NCBI GenBank assembly: GCA_031425235.1
Contig: JANPIZ010000008.1
Span: 27,377 to 91,376 of the forward strand
Direction: 5' to 3'
Source of the DNA: Candidatus Nomurabacteria bacterium
Lineage (GTDB): Bacteria > Patescibacteriota > Minisyncoccia > Phycocordibacterales > UBA9973
Length of the DNA: 64,000 bases
Part shown: positions 20,053-30,536 of the stretch, one piece after another
How the letters are laid out: the number at the start of each line of letters is the position of its first letter
Position numbering within the stretch: position 1 is the stretch's first letter
The notes under the pieces: generated by a model
Told to the model about the DNA's origin: nothing
Databases searched by the model: none
What the model saw: only the letters and a program-made list of their open reading frames with translations
Position numbers and translations under genes: made by a program

Positions 20053-20745
20053 TTGCCTTGCGGGAAAATATACCGTGAGAGAAAACTAATAGGAGGGGTT
20101 ATAATGCCCTTTAAAAATATACGTGATTGGAAAGACCAATTTCAAAAGGAATGGTCAAAGCAACGGAGAATTGGAATGTTGCATTCTTTATTCTCCCCGG
20201 ATGAGTTTAAAGAAAAACTCGATTACGTCAGTCTTGATGAAGACAATATTGCCGCAGCATTGTTATGGGCAGCTAAAAGAGTAGATCTTGAAAAAGAACT
20301 TACTACGAAAGTTGTTCAAATGTTGGCAACATTAATTTTTCGTAGTAGCTACTGTATTGCAGGTAGCAACGAACAATTGATACCAACGCTGCAATTGTTG
20401 CGACAAGTTCGACATAAAGACTCTGATTTCTTTTCAGACGATAGTAGTTTGTCAAAAATAATTTATGATTTTCTTAGTAGAGTTGTAGATAATTACAAAC
20501 CTCTTGAAAATCAAAAAAAATCGGAAGTTATACGAACAGTTTGCGATATGCATTATGTGGCACTGCTTACCCATGAAAAATGGTTGGGCGACATTGAAGT
20601 CATAACGGAGTTGAAGTCCCGATTGGGCGACAGAGCAATTCCTTTTTCATCAAAAGTGAAGAACTCAAAAGTTCAAGATATTGCTCGTAATTTAGCAATT
20701 CATTTTGGAGCTTCTGCACTTATGGATTCGTTTATACGGAGTTGA
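20053..20745 (+). CDS. Hypothetical protein (230 aa)
   Basis: ORF only. Confidence 0.35.
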   Translation: MPCGKIYRERKLIGGVIMPFKNIRDWKDQFQKEWSKQRRIGMLHSLFSPDEFKEKLDYVSLDEDNIAAALLWAAKRVDLEKELTTKVVQMLATLIFRSSYCIAGSNEQLIPTLQLLRQVRHKDSDFFSDDSSLSKIIYDFLSRVVDNYKPLENQKKSEVIRTVCDMHYVALLTHEKWLGDIEVITELKSRLGDRAIPFSSKVKNSKVQDIARNLAIHFGASALMDSFIRS

Positions 20746-20775
20746 TTGTTCTTTTAAGATATAAGGTGGGGTTTC

Positions 20776-20813
20776 CCGCTTGTAAGAAGCCGAGCTTCTA
20801 CAAGCGGTTTCTT
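20776..20813 (+). terminator. Hairpin CGCTTGTAAGAAGC-cga-GCTTCTACAAGCG followed by TTTCTT
   Basis: Inverted repeat with one bulge. Confidence 0.5.
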
Positions 20814-20861
20814 ATTTCTGCTAATCTTTTCTTTTATTCACATTAATTATATACTGTACTT

Positions 20862-21338
20862 ATGTCTCAATTTATAATGCAAAATAGTGAGCTTATTCTA
20901 AGGTTAGTCATAGCGGCGGGGTTGGGGTTGTTTATAGGTCTTGAGCGAGCGATCGTACACAAAGAAGCTGGCATGAAAACACATGCGCTTGTTTCTATCG
21001 GCGCGGCAGTGTTTGTTGTCATTTCTGAAATGATAGCTATTAAATATGGTGGTATTGGGGGGTTTGATCCGAGTCGTATTGCATCGCAAATCGTCGTAGG
21101 GATCGGGTTTCTTGGTGCTGGGTCTATCATACTTCAAGGTAATCGCTTAAAAGGCCTTACTACTGCAGGTGGCTTGTGGGTTACTGCTGGCATAGGTATG
21201 GCTGCTGGATTTGGTTTTTTTGGCTTAGCTTTTATCACCACAGCGCTTATATTTTTAGTTCTCACTGCAGTAAATATAATCGAAAAACCTATTAGAAAAA
21301 TAGCTGGAGAAAAAGTAGACGAAGCGGAACAAAGTTAG
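20862..21338 (+). CDS. MgtC/SapB family membrane protein
   Basis: LRLVIAAGLGLFIGLERA motif; 158 aa with four transmembrane helices. Confidence 0.7.
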   Translation: MSQFIMQNSELILRLVIAAGLGLFIGLERAIVHKEAGMKTHALVSIGAAVFVVISEMIAIKYGGIGGFDPSRIASQIVVGIGFLGAGSIILQGNRLKGLTTAGGLWVTAGIGMAAGFGFFGLAFITTALIFLVLTAVNIIEKPIRKIAGEKVDEAEQS

Positions 21339-21412
21339 TACTTGTCCTGTACTAAATTTTTGATTACGGGAATATAGTCGATGATTAATAAAGTTTAAAA
21401 TTTTAGTACTGG

Positions 21413-23176
21413 ATGGACTCAAATGAAATTAGAGCAAGGTTTTTAAAATTTTTTGAAAAAAGAGGACACAAAATAATTCCTTCTGCTTCACTTGTGCCTG
21501 AGAATGATCCATCAGTACTGTTCAATACTGCTGGCATGCAACCGCTTGTACCATATCTGCTTGGTCAAGACCATCCCATGGGTAATAGGTTGGTGAATGT
21601 GCAAAAATGCGTTCGAACTCAAGATATTGATGAAGTAGGTGACAATACGCATGACACTTTTTTTGAAATGCTGGGGAATTGGTCGCTCGGTGATTATTTC
21701 AAAGAAGACGCTATACGTTGGAGTTATGAATTTCTAATATCAAAAGATGAGGGCTTAGGTCTTGATCCTACGAGGTTGTATGTAACTTGCTTTGAGGGCG
21801 ATGAAAATTCTCCAAAAGACGACGAGTCTGCGGATATTTGGGCAGACATTTTTAAGAAAAATAACATACTAGGTGAACGTATTTACTTTTGCGGTGCAGA
21901 TAAAAATTGGTGGTCAGTAGGTGACGACGGTCCGTGTGGTCCTGATACAGAAATGTTCTATGACCTGACGGGCGAACTTACAAAAGGAATGACACTCGAG
22001 GAATACAAAAAATCCGACGACGAACAAAGGATAGTTGAAATCTGGAACGATGTATTTATGCAGTACGAAAAGAAAGGCGGTAAAGTTATAGGTAAATTAA
22101 AAAAACAAAATGTGGATACTGGCTCAGGATTGGAACGAGTAGTTATGGCGGTGCAAGGTAAGGACAATATTTTCGATACGGATCTTTTTAAAGATACAAT
22201 TGAAACATTGCGAAATCTTTCTTCTGATTATAATGAACGTTCTGGGCGTATCATCGCTGACCATATCCGTACATCTATGTTTATGGTTGCTGATGGAGTT
22301 ATTCCTTCAAATAAAGATCGCGGGTATATACTTCGCAGAGTAATCCGTCGAGCTCTTATGCAGGCGCAAAAAATTGGATTCCCAATGGAACAACTTTCAA
22401 AAATCCAAGCTGACGTAAGTAACGTATATAAAGATACATATCCTGAGCTTGGTAAACAACAGATATTAAATGTGCTCGACGAAGAAAAAAATAAATTTCT
22501 TAAAACTCTCGAAATGGGGCTTAAAGAATTTGAAAAAGGTAGTGACCCATTTATTTTAGCCACTACATATGGGTTCCCAATTGAACTCACCGAAGAGTTG
22601 GCAAAAGAAAAAGGTGTTACGATAGACAAGGAAGCTTTTAATAAAAAAATGGCCGAACATCAAAAACTTTCACAAACTGCTTCAGCAGGGATGTTCAAGG
22701 GCGGTTTGGCGAATCATAATGAAAAAACAATAAAGCTTCACACAGCTCATCATTTACTCTTGGCTTCGCTTCAGCAAGTCGTGGATAAAAATATAAAACA
22801 ACGTGGCAGTAACATCACCGAAGAGCGCCTGCGCATAGACTTTTCCTGCGATCATAAATTGACAGAGGAAGAAAAGAAGAGAGTAGAAGATCTCGTAAAT
22901 GAAAAAATAAAAGAAGGTCTTACTGTGATGCGCCATGAAATGTTAAAAGAGGAAGCAGAAAAAATTGGTGCTCAAATGGAGTTTGGTGTTAAGTATGCCG
23001 AAAGGGTTTCTGTGTACTCGATTGGAAAGGATTCAGAAATAAATAACGAAACATTTAGCCTTGAATTTTGCGGTGGCCCGCATGTAAACAACACGAGTGA
23101 GCTCACTCAATTTAAAATTCAAAAAGAAGAAGCTGTCGCGCAGGGGATCAGGCGTATAAAAGGTATCCTTGTTTAG
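21413..23176 (+). CDS. alaS: Alanine--tRNA ligase (catalytic plus editing domains; no C-terminal C-Ala domain)
   Basis: AlaRS N-terminal motifs (FNTAGM, GNWSLGDYFK); editing-domain HTAHHLL and CGGPHV motifs. Confidence 0.85.
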   Translation: MDSNEIRARFLKFFEKRGHKIIPSASLVPENDPSVLFNTAGMQPLVPYLLGQDHPMGNRLVNVQKCVRTQDIDEVGDNTHDTFFEMLGNWSLGDYFKEDAIRWSYEFLISKDEGLGLDPTRLYVTCFEGDENSPKDDESADIWADIFKKNNILGERIYFCGADKNWWSVGDDGPCGPDTEMFYDLTGELTKGMTLEEYKKSDDEQRIVEIWNDVFMQYEKKGGKVIGKLKKQNVDTGSGLERVVMAVQGKDNIFDTDLFKDTIETLRNLSSDYNERSGRIIADHIRTSMFMVADGVIPSNKDRGYILRRVIRRALMQAQKIGFPMEQLSKIQADVSNVYKDTYPELGKQQILNVLDEEKNKFLKTLEMGLKEFEKGSDPFILATTYGFPIELTEELAKEKGVTIDKEAFNKKMAEHQKLSQTASAGMFKGGLANHNEKTIKLHTAHHLLLASLQQVVDKNIKQRGSNITEERLRIDFSCDHKLTEEEKKRVEDLVNEKIKEGLTVMRHEMLKEEAEKIGAQMEFGVKYAERVSVYSIGKDSEINNETFSLEFCGGPHVNNTSELTQFKIQKEEAVAQGIRRIKGILV

Positions 23177-23209
23177 CTGTTTTAAAATAAAATATGGTAC
23201 AATAATTAC

Positions 23210-24400
23210 ATGGGTATTTTTTCTTTACCAAAACAGAAAGATGAGTTAGTTTTGGTTTTTGATGTTGGGTCTTCCTCTGTTAAAGCGGCTCTTTTCTATA
23301 TGCAAAAGTCCGGAATCCCGCGTGTTATTTTTTCTGTACGTGAACCTATTCTTATCGAGGATAAAATTTCTATCGATCGCTTTCTTACTTTGACCATCAA
23401 AGCGCTGGATACTGTTGGAGAAAAGGTCTATAAAAAAGGGCTTGGTGCCCCTCACCGTATTTTCTGTGTTCTCTATTCGCCATGGCACATATCTCAAACA
23501 CGAGTGATTAATGTAAAGAAAAATACACCATTTACCTTTACTGCCAAAACTGCAGATAGTCTTATACAAAAAGAAATAGAACTTGTCACAGCCGAATATT
23601 TAAAAAAATATGCTCACGTGGATAGTGCCTTGCGGATGATCGAACTAAAAAATATAAAAATCACATTGAACGGCTATGAAGTAGATAAGCCTCTTGATAA
23701 AAAAACACAAGAGGTTGAGATGACAGTTTTTATATCGCTTTCTGAAGAACAAGTATGTAAAAAAATTGAACAGACTATATCAAAATATTTCATTCCGAAA
23801 GGTAACCAAAGTCAAATAAAGTTTTCGTCTTTTAATATGGCTTCTTTCACTGTAGTGCGGGACCTCTATGCTCACCAAGACAGCTTTCTTATTATTAATG
23901 TCGGCGGTGAAATTACTGATATCTCGATGGTCAAGAAAAATGCTTTACGAGAATCGACTTCATTTCCACTCGGCATAAACTTTATGATACGTAAAATATC
24001 CACTGAGATGAACTGTACTTTAAGTGAAGCCAAATCGCTCATATCGCTTTTTAAGGATGGGCATGCTGCGCTTACTATTCAAAGCACTCTCGAACCTGCT
24101 ATAATAAAATTGAAAGCTGAGTGGTTAAAAAATTTCCAAGATTCTTTAGCAAATCTTTCAAGTGATATTTCGATTCCAGCCTTTATTTATATAACTGTCG
24201 ACAAAGATCTCGCCGAATTTTTTTCAGAAATTATAAAAACTGAGCAGTTCAACCAATACACCCTAACCGAATCAAAATTTCAAATTATTTTCTTAAATGC
24301 TGAAAATCTACACAACATTATCGTTTTTGAAAAGGAGTCGATTTTCAACGCATTTTTAACTATCGACTGTGTATATATTAATCGCTTCTTTAAATCATAG
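23210..24400 (+). CDS. Actin-like ATPase (PilM/FtsA family)
   Basis: LVFDVGSSSVKAAL phosphate-1 motif and LIINVGGEITDISMV phosphate-2 motif. Confidence 0.4.
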   Translation: MGIFSLPKQKDELVLVFDVGSSSVKAALFYMQKSGIPRVIFSVREPILIEDKISIDRFLTLTIKALDTVGEKVYKKGLGAPHRIFCVLYSPWHISQTRVINVKKNTPFTFTAKTADSLIQKEIELVTAEYLKKYAHVDSALRMIELKNIKITLNGYEVDKPLDKKTQEVEMTVFISLSEEQVCKKIEQTISKYFIPKGNQSQIKFSSFNMASFTVVRDLYAHQDSFLIINVGGEITDISMVKKNALRESTSFPLGINFMIRKISTEMNCTLSEAKSLISLFKDGHAALTIQSTLEPAIIKLKAEWLKNFQDSLANLSSDISIPAFIYITVDKDLAEFFSEIIKTEQFNQYTLTESKFQIIFLNAENLHNIIVFEKESIFNAFLTIDCVYINRFFKS

Positions 24401-24402
24401 AT

Positions 24403-25698
24403 ATGCCAAAAAATTTATTTCAAGACATGGTGAAGGTAAAAAATTCCAGGAAGCAAATGGAACAGATTAAAATAATTCGTTCCTCCTCCCCAACCCCTAT
24501 TCCGCCCGATATTGAAAAACAAAAATATATACATGAAAATATTGAACGTCCACGATATTCACCGCCACAAAAAAATTCCAAACACAGACTCTGGCTTGTG
24601 GCTGGTATTTGTATTTTATTTTTTCTATTCGCTCTATCATTCTTTTTTGCAAGAGCTGAAGTTGTTATCGATCCAAAAATAAAAGATGTCCAACTAAACC
24701 AAAGCTTTTCAGCTATAAAAGATGTGAACAACGAAGGATTGGCATTTGATCTTGTTATTATATCGGGAGAAGATAGTAACAAGGTAGTAGGAGGTGAGCA
24801 AAAAGATTTAGCTCTAAGCGCTACGGGAAGTATTTTTATCTATAATGCATTCAGTACTACTCCACAAAAGCTCTCAGTCGGTACTAAGCTTGAAGGATCA
24901 AATAATAAAATATATAAAATAATAACACCGGCCACAGTACCTGGAATAGATGCAGATGGCGTGCCAGGTAAAGTAGAAGTCAGCATATTGGCTATGGAAG
25001 CGGGTGATGAATACAATAGCGATCCAATAGATTTCAAAATTAGCATATTTAAGGGTACACCAAAATATGATAAATTTTACGGCAGGAGTGAAGGTAAAAT
25101 CTCGGGTGGATTTAAGGGTATGTCCGCAACTATAGCCGATACCGAGAAAGAAGTGGCGTTTAGTGAACTTGAAGCAAGCCTCAAGGATAAGCTTTTAGCC
25201 AAAGCAACTGATCAAATACCAAGTGGTTTTATTTTATACAAAGGTGCAGCTTTCCTCAAAATTGATGAAAGAAGTGTGGAGTTTGCCCCTGGCGATTCAA
25301 ATGTTCCCGTAAAAGTAAAAGGTACGTTATATGGATTTTTACTCAGTGAAGAGACCTTAACCCCTAAAATAGCAAAAGCTGGTGTCAGTGAGTACGACGA
25401 TGCTCCCGTTTATATACCAAATATCCGCGACCTCACGTTCTCGCTTCTTGATACGGATATTTCATATAGCGATGTGCAAAGTATTAATTTTAACATATCG
25501 GGTAATCCAAAAATTGTTTGGACCTTTGATGAAACTGAATTTAAACAGTCACTTCTGTCCAAGAAAAAATCTGAATTTAATCAGATATTATCACAGTATA
25601 CAAATGTCCAGTCTGCACAGCTGTCCCTCAGTCCATTTTGGATTCGCTCATTTCCAAGTAAGCTTAAGGATATAAAAGTTATCGTAAATTATCCTTAG
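24403..25698 (+). CDS. Hypothetical membrane-anchored protein (431 aa)
   Basis: Single N-terminal transmembrane helix; beta-rich remainder. Confidence 0.35.
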   Translation: MPKNLFQDMVKVKNSRKQMEQIKIIRSSSPTPIPPDIEKQKYIHENIERPRYSPPQKNSKHRLWLVAGICILFFLFALSFFFARAEVVIDPKIKDVQLNQSFSAIKDVNNEGLAFDLVIISGEDSNKVVGGEQKDLALSATGSIFIYNAFSTTPQKLSVGTKLEGSNNKIYKIITPATVPGIDADGVPGKVEVSILAMEAGDEYNSDPIDFKISIFKGTPKYDKFYGRSEGKISGGFKGMSATIADTEKEVAFSELEASLKDKLLAKATDQIPSGFILYKGAAFLKIDERSVEFAPGDSNVPVKVKGTLYGFLLSEETLTPKIAKAGVSEYDDAPVYIPNIRDLTFSLLDTDISYSDVQSINFNISGNPKIVWTFDETEFKQSLLSKKKSEFNQILSQYTNVQSAQLSLSPFWIRSFPSKLKDIKVIVNYP

Positions 25699-25746
25699 GT
25701 GAGTTTGACCTAAAGATGTAATTTTGTTAGTATACTATACATATAC

Positions 25747-25980
25747 ATGAGCGATCCAAAAAAAGAGAAACTAATCACAACACGAGGCGTCGTGACCGAA
25801 GCACTCCCTTCAACTTTATTTCGAGTAATTATCCAAGATAATAGGGAGGAGCAAAAAGAAATGTTAGCGTATCTTTCTGGTAAAATGCGAATGCATAGGA
25901 TCAAAGTTTTGATAGGTGATTCAGTCGAAATAGTACTCGATCCGTACGGTGGTAAAGGACGTATTGTCAAAAGGTTCTAA
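25747..25980 (+). CDS. infA: Translation initiation factor IF-1
   Basis: 77 aa S1-like protein, conserved with IF-1. Confidence 0.85.
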   Translation: MSDPKKEKLITTRGVVTEALPSTLFRVIIQDNREEQKEMLAYLSGKMRMHRIKVLIGDSVEIVLDPYGGKGRIVKRF

Positions 25981-26105
25981 TGGGACTTGTAATTTTAAAT
26001 GGAATAGTGTATTATATCGATTATAGTTTTTAAATAGTTAAAGCATTGAAAAATAAGGGTTTTTCCCTTTTTTTGTGTCATGTGAGATAGACCAATAAAT
26101 TTTTT

Positions 26106-26216
26106 ATGAAAATCAAATCAGCTGTAAAAAAAATATGTAACAACTGTAAAATGGTCCGACGAGTACGGCATTTGCGCATTATTTGCTCAAACCCTAAACA
26201 TAAACAAAAACAATAA
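26106..26216 (+). CDS. rpmJ: 50S ribosomal protein L36 (36 aa; below the ORF-track cutoff)
   Basis: Manual translation [36 protein letters not shown]. Confidence 0.85.
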   Translation: MKIKSAVKKICNNCKMVRRVRHLRIICSNPKHKQKQ

Positions 26217-26219
26217 TTT

Positions 26220-26600
26220 ATGAGAATTCTTGGAATCACAATACCAGACGAAAAAAGATTAGAATATGGCCTCACCGTTTTGTATGGTATTGGTCTTTCA
26301 ACTTCGCAAAAAATATTAGATAAAGTGAGTATTGATCGCGCCAAGCATGCAAAAGATCTCACGTCTGACGAAGAAAATAAAATTCGTGCTGTTATCGAAA
26401 GTATGACCATAGAAGGAAATTTGAAACGTGAGATTGGAGCTAATATAAAAAGATTAAAGGATGTAAAAACATATCGGGGTAGTCGCCATGCTAAAAGGTT
26501 ACCAGTCCGAGGTCAACGTACAAAAACAAACTCTCGAACAGTTCGAGGTAACGTTCGAAAAACAATGGCGTCAGGTAAGAGAAAAGAAAGTAAAACATAA
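26220..26600 (+). CDS. rpsM: 30S ribosomal protein S13
   Basis: MRILGITIPDEKRLEYGLTVLYGIG. Confidence 0.9.
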   Translation: MRILGITIPDEKRLEYGLTVLYGIGLSTSQKILDKVSIDRAKHAKDLTSDEENKIRAVIESMTIEGNLKREIGANIKRLKDVKTYRGSRHAKRLPVRGQRTKTNSRTVRGNVRKTMASGKRKESKT

Positions 26601-26603
26601 TTT

Positions 26604-27029
26604 ATGGCAACTGCAAAAACAAAAACAGAATCAGTCGAAGAACCAAAAGAAGTAAAAGTTGTTTCTAAGTCTTCAAAGAAAAAACATACTACTGGGGTAT
26701 TGCATATTGAGGCTACATTTAACAATACAAAGGTTCTTTTTTCTGACAAGATAGGTAATACATTGTTTTGGTCAAGTTCTGGTGCGCTCGGATTTCGTGG
26801 CGCAAAAAAAGGTACACCTTTTGTGGCTTCAAAGCTTGGTGATTTGATCGGAAGTAAGGCTGTAGCTATTGGAGTTAAAGAAGCTGATGTAATGGTGCTT
26901 GGAGTAGGTTCTGGGCGTGAGTCAGCTATTCGTGCATTTATGGCACATGGTATACAGATCACTTCCATCGTAGACAAAACACCAGTACCACATAACGGAC
27001 CCAAAGCTAAAAAACCACGACGAGTATAA
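26604..27029 (+). CDS. rpsK: 30S ribosomal protein S11
   Basis: S11 core HIEATFNNT...ALGFRGAKKGTPF. Confidence 0.9.
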   Translation: MATAKTKTESVEEPKEVKVVSKSSKKKHTTGVLHIEATFNNTKVLFSDKIGNTLFWSSSGALGFRGAKKGTPFVASKLGDLIGSKAVAIGVKEADVMVLGVGSGRESAIRAFMAHGIQITSIVDKTPVPHNGPKAKKPRRV

Positions 27030-27054
27030 TTTATATATAATTTTTTAAACGAAT

Positions 27055-27657
27055 ATGATATCCAAACCAAAATTTAAAATATGTCGAAGACTCGGTCCAG
27101 GCGTGTATGACAAATGCCAGACTGCGAAGTTCACTACTCCTGCTGTAAAAGGCGGCTTTGGTGGGAAGCGGCCCAAGGCTCTTTCTGAATACGGTACTCA
27201 ATTTTTAGAAAAACAAAAAGTTCGACTTTCTTATGGTGTGACTGAACATCAGCTTTCAAATTACGTAAAAAAAGCATCAAACATAAAAGGCGCGGGGACT
27301 GCGGAGAAATTTTACGAAGATTTAGAATTACGTCTTGATAATGCAGTATATCGTATGGGTCTCGCGCCGAGCCGACGCGCTGCTCGCCAGATGGTTTCTC
27401 ATGGACACTTTATTGTAAATACTCACAAAGTCACTATCCCTTCATACGAATTACGACTTGGGGACGTGGTAAAAGTTCGCGAAGGTTCTAAAACAAAAAA
27501 AGTGTTCACAGGCCTTGCTGAAACATTGAAAAATTACATTGCACCGACATGGATTACATTTGATTTAGCAAAAATGGAAGGTAAGGTATTAGCTAAACCA
27601 AAGCACGTTGAAACATTCCTTAATTTAAATGCAGTCCTTGAATTTTATAGTCGTTAA
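27055..27657 (+). CDS. rpsD: 30S ribosomal protein S4
   Basis: S4 N-terminal and S4-domain motifs. Confidence 0.9.
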   Translation: MISKPKFKICRRLGPGVYDKCQTAKFTTPAVKGGFGGKRPKALSEYGTQFLEKQKVRLSYGVTEHQLSNYVKKASNIKGAGTAEKFYEDLELRLDNAVYRMGLAPSRRAARQMVSHGHFIVNTHKVTIPSYELRLGDVVKVREGSKTKKVFTGLAETLKNYIAPTWITFDLAKMEGKVLAKPKHVETFLNLNAVLEFYSR

Positions 27658-27704
27658 CATATCATTTTATTTTTACCCATTATTAAATTTAACTTTTTAA
27701 AAAT

Positions 27705-28688
27705 ATGCCTGAATATAAAATAATTATTCCTTCCAAGCCACGTGTTGTGCTAGAAGAAGAAAATAAAGGAGTATTTGAAATCGATGGCCTCTATCCTGGG
27801 TATGGACATACTCTTGGTAATAGTTTACGAAGGATTATTCTTTCTTCTCTTCCTGGTGCAAGTATTACATCTCTCAAAATTGACGGAGTAAGTCACGAAT
27901 TTCAAACTATTGAAGGCATCAAAGAAGATGTGATAGTTATGATCCTCAATTTGAAAAAGGCACGATTTAAAATGACAACTGATGAATCTCAAATGGTTAC
28001 TCTTTCAGTCAAGGGTCCAAAAGTTGTCACTGCAGGTGATATAAAGACAAGTGGGCAAGTAGAGGTACTTAATAAAGATTTATATATTGCGGAGGTTACT
28101 GGGAAAATTAATCTTGAGATGGAAATGAAGGTTGAAAAAGGTCTTGGATTTATTCCAAAAGAAATTTTTCATAAAGATAAAGTTGACGTGGGCACCATTA
28201 CTGTTGATGCGATATTCACTCCTATTCGACGTGTAGCGTACGAAGTTGAAAACATGCGTGTTGGTGATAAGACAAATTTCAATCGCCTACGTATTTCTAT
28301 AGAAACAAACGGCACTCTGACACCTCGTGAAGCACTGACTGAGTCAATCAGCATCATGATCAAGCAATTAAAAGCAATCGTTGATTTTAAGGAAATCGAA
28401 GAAGAGGAAGAAGCTCCAGTTGAAAAGAAGTCTGTAAAAAGCGGAGAAAAATCTGAAGCGGGAGCTGAAAAAGATACTGACGTAGCAGATGTCCTGAAGA
28501 CACGCACTGACAGCCTGGACCTCTCTACTCGTACTTTGAATGCACTTACGAATGCAAATATCCGAACACTTGGAGGTCTTGCTCGGAAGAAGCGTGAAGA
28601 CCTACTTGAAGTCGAGGGTATTGGTGAAAAAGGAATTACCGAGATTAAAAAAGTATTGACTAAGTTTGGTCTTAGTTTAAAAGAATAG
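27705..28688 (+). CDS. rpoA: DNA-directed RNA polymerase alpha subunit
   Basis: N-terminal dimerisation region plus C-terminal domain, 327 aa. Confidence 0.9.
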   Translation: MPEYKIIIPSKPRVVLEEENKGVFEIDGLYPGYGHTLGNSLRRIILSSLPGASITSLKIDGVSHEFQTIEGIKEDVIVMILNLKKARFKMTTDESQMVTLSVKGPKVVTAGDIKTSGQVEVLNKDLYIAEVTGKINLEMEMKVEKGLGFIPKEIFHKDKVDVGTITVDAIFTPIRRVAYEVENMRVGDKTNFNRLRISIETNGTLTPREALTESISIMIKQLKAIVDFKEIEEEEEAPVEKKSVKSGEKSEAGAEKDTDVADVLKTRTDSLDLSTRTLNALTNANIRTLGGLARKKREDLLEVEGIGEKGITEIKKVLTKFGLSLKE

Positions 28689-28689
28689 T

Positions 28690-29046
28690 ATGAGACATCA
28701 TAACGCAAACAGAAAATTTGGACGCAGTAAAACACAAAAGAAAGCACTAATAAACTCTTTGGCTTTTAACTTGATTACTCGCGGTAAAATGAAAACAACA
28801 CTAGCCAAAGCAAAAGAACTTCGCCCATATATTGAGAAGATGGTAACTCGAGCAAAGGTAGGTACTCCAGCAGGACGACGCATAGTCCTCGCAAAGCTTG
28901 GAGGTAGCCACAAAGCTGAAGTGAAAAAGCTGTTTGAAGTTATTGCTCCAAAATACACTGACAAAAAAGGTGGCTATACTCGGATATTAAAACTTGGGGT
29001 TCGAAAGTCTGATAGTGCGCCAATGGCAGTAATAGAATTTGTATAA
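28690..29046 (+). CDS. rplQ: 50S ribosomal protein L17
   Basis: MRHHNANRKFGRSKTQKKAL. Confidence 0.9.
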   Translation: MRHHNANRKFGRSKTQKKALINSLAFNLITRGKMKTTLAKAKELRPYIEKMVTRAKVGTPAGRRIVLAKLGGSHKAEVKKLFEVIAPKYTDKKGGYTRILKLGVRKSDSAPMAVIEFV

Positions 29047-29061
29047 TTTCAATAATATAGT

Positions 29062-29445
29062 ATGAAAAAAACAACCACAAATCAAAAAGGGATACAGAAA
29101 GAAGTTAAAACAATCGATGCAAGCGGTAGGACTTTAGGTCGTGTCGCTTCTGAGATTGCTGTAAATTTACTCGGTAAAACTAAGGCTACTTTTGAACGAA
29201 ATGTATACACCGGTTTTCCAGTGAGAGTTCTTAATGCAAGTAAAATAAAGATTACACAAAAGAAGCTCGAAAGCATCCAGCATCTTCGTTATTCAGGATA
29301 TCCAGGAGGCCTTCGTGTATTGAAAGGCACTGAAACAAAAGAAAAAAAAGGGATGAGTGAATTGATAAAACTTGCTACGTACCACATGCTACCAGGGAAT
29401 AAACTTCGCCGAACAATGATGAAACATTTAACAATTGAAGAATAA
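29062..29445 (+). CDS. rplM: 50S ribosomal protein L13
   Basis: L13 family motifs. Confidence 0.85.
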   Translation: MKKTTTNQKGIQKEVKTIDASGRTLGRVASEIAVNLLGKTKATFERNVYTGFPVRVLNASKIKITQKKLESIQHLRYSGYPGGLRVLKGTETKEKKGMSELIKLATYHMLPGNKLRRTMMKHLTIEE

Positions 29446-29449
29446 TACA

Positions 29450-29884
29450 ATGGCTACTGAAAACAAAGAAAAAACTAAAGACCGATATATAGAAGCAATA
29501 GGACGACGAAAAACTTCAACTGCGCGCGTCCGTATAACACCGGGAGCAAAACCGAGTTTCGTTGTGAACGATGAAGACGCAAAGACGTATTTTAAAACAG
29601 AGGAGCAACGCCGACTTATTCTTGACCCGATGATCAAAGGAGGAAAAGAAGGTGAAGAAAAAAATATAAAATGGAGCGTGGAAGCTCATGTAAACGGTGG
29701 AGGTATACATTCTCAAGCTGAAGCTATCCGTCACGGACTTTCTCGAGCTCTTGTAAAATCAGACGAAGAACTACATACAATACTGAAAGGGCTCGGATTC
29801 TTAAAGCGTGACCCGAGAGCAAAAGAACGCCGCAAATTCGGACTCAAAAAAGCTCGCAAGGCACCAAAGTGGTCAAAACGTTAA
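29450..29884 (+). CDS. rpsI: 30S ribosomal protein S9; start taken at MATENKEK rather than the upstream overlapping ATG at 29435
   Basis: GRRKTSTARV...KKARKAPKWSKR S9 signature. Confidence 0.85.
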   Translation: MATENKEKTKDRYIEAIGRRKTSTARVRITPGAKPSFVVNDEDAKTYFKTEEQRRLILDPMIKGGKEGEEKNIKWSVEAHVNGGGIHSQAEAIRHGLSRALVKSDEELHTILKGLGFLKRDPRAKERRKFGLKKARKAPKWSKR

Positions 29885-29896
29885 TTATTTTCTCCC

Positions 29897-29926
29897 AAAA
29901 TTCCCTCTTTCAAGAGGGAATTTTTT
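29897..29926 (+). terminator. Rho-independent terminator (AATTCCCTCTT-tcaa-GAGGGAATT plus T-run) closing the ribosomal block
   Basis: Hairpin plus U-tract. Confidence 0.7.
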
Positions 29927-29942
29927 GTGCTAAAATAGGTAT

Positions 29943-30536
29943 ATGATGGACGAAGAAACCAACAAAGAACTAGATATTGAAACATCCGAATCTGATGAGG
30001 AAATAGTTGAATTTGAATTCAATGATGACGGAGAGGAGGATTTAAAAAAGACGTTAAAGAAATTGCGGCTTGATTTAAAAGTCGCCCGGGCTGAAAAAGA
30101 AGAATATTTAAATGGCTGGCAGAAAGAGCGAGCAGATTTTGCTAATTATAAAAAAAGTGAAGATGATCGCAACGCGGTGTATAAGGAAAATCTACGTGAA
30201 CATATTTTGAATCGCTTTTTGACTGTGGCTGACAGCTTCAACATGGCTTTTGCAAATCGTGAGGCTTGGGAAAAAGTAGATGAAAATTGGCGTCGAGGTG
30301 TTGAGTACATTTATTCCCAGATGAGTAGCGTGTTTGAAGAATATGGGGTCAAAGAAATAGGTGTAGAAGGTGAAGTGTTTGATCCAAATCTTCATGAATC
30401 TATAGATACCATCGAAGCGAGCGATAAAACACAAGATCACACAATAGCAAAAGTAATCCAAAAAGGGTACAAAATGGGGAATCGAGTTATTCGTCCTGCG
30501 CGAGTAAATGTCTATGGATACAAAGAGAGCAACTAG
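29943..30536 (+). CDS. grpE: Nucleotide exchange factor GrpE
   Basis: 197 aa GrpE-like coiled coil plus beta domain. Confidence 0.85.
   Translation: MMDEETNKELDIETSESDEEIVEFEFNDDGEEDLKKTLKKLRLDLKVARAEKEEYLNGWQKERADFANYKKSEDDRNAVYKENLREHILNRFLTVADSFNMAFANREAWEKVDENWRRGVEYIYSQMSSVFEEYGVKEIGVEGEVFDPNLHESIDTIEASDKTQDHTIAKVIQKGYKMGNRVIRPARVNVYGYKESN

Noticed and set aside
29435-29449. Upstream ATG start for rpsI overlapping rplM
   Set aside because: The ATG at 29450 (MATENKEK...) lies just after the rplM stop and gives a typical S9 N-terminus.
29885-29942. Searched for a CIRCE (TTAGCACTC-N9-GAGTGCTAA) heat-shock operator upstream of grpE; also checked upstream of dnaK (37270-37361) and dnaJ (47486-47634)
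   Set aside because: No CIRCE-like inverted repeat found. No hrcA gene in the window.
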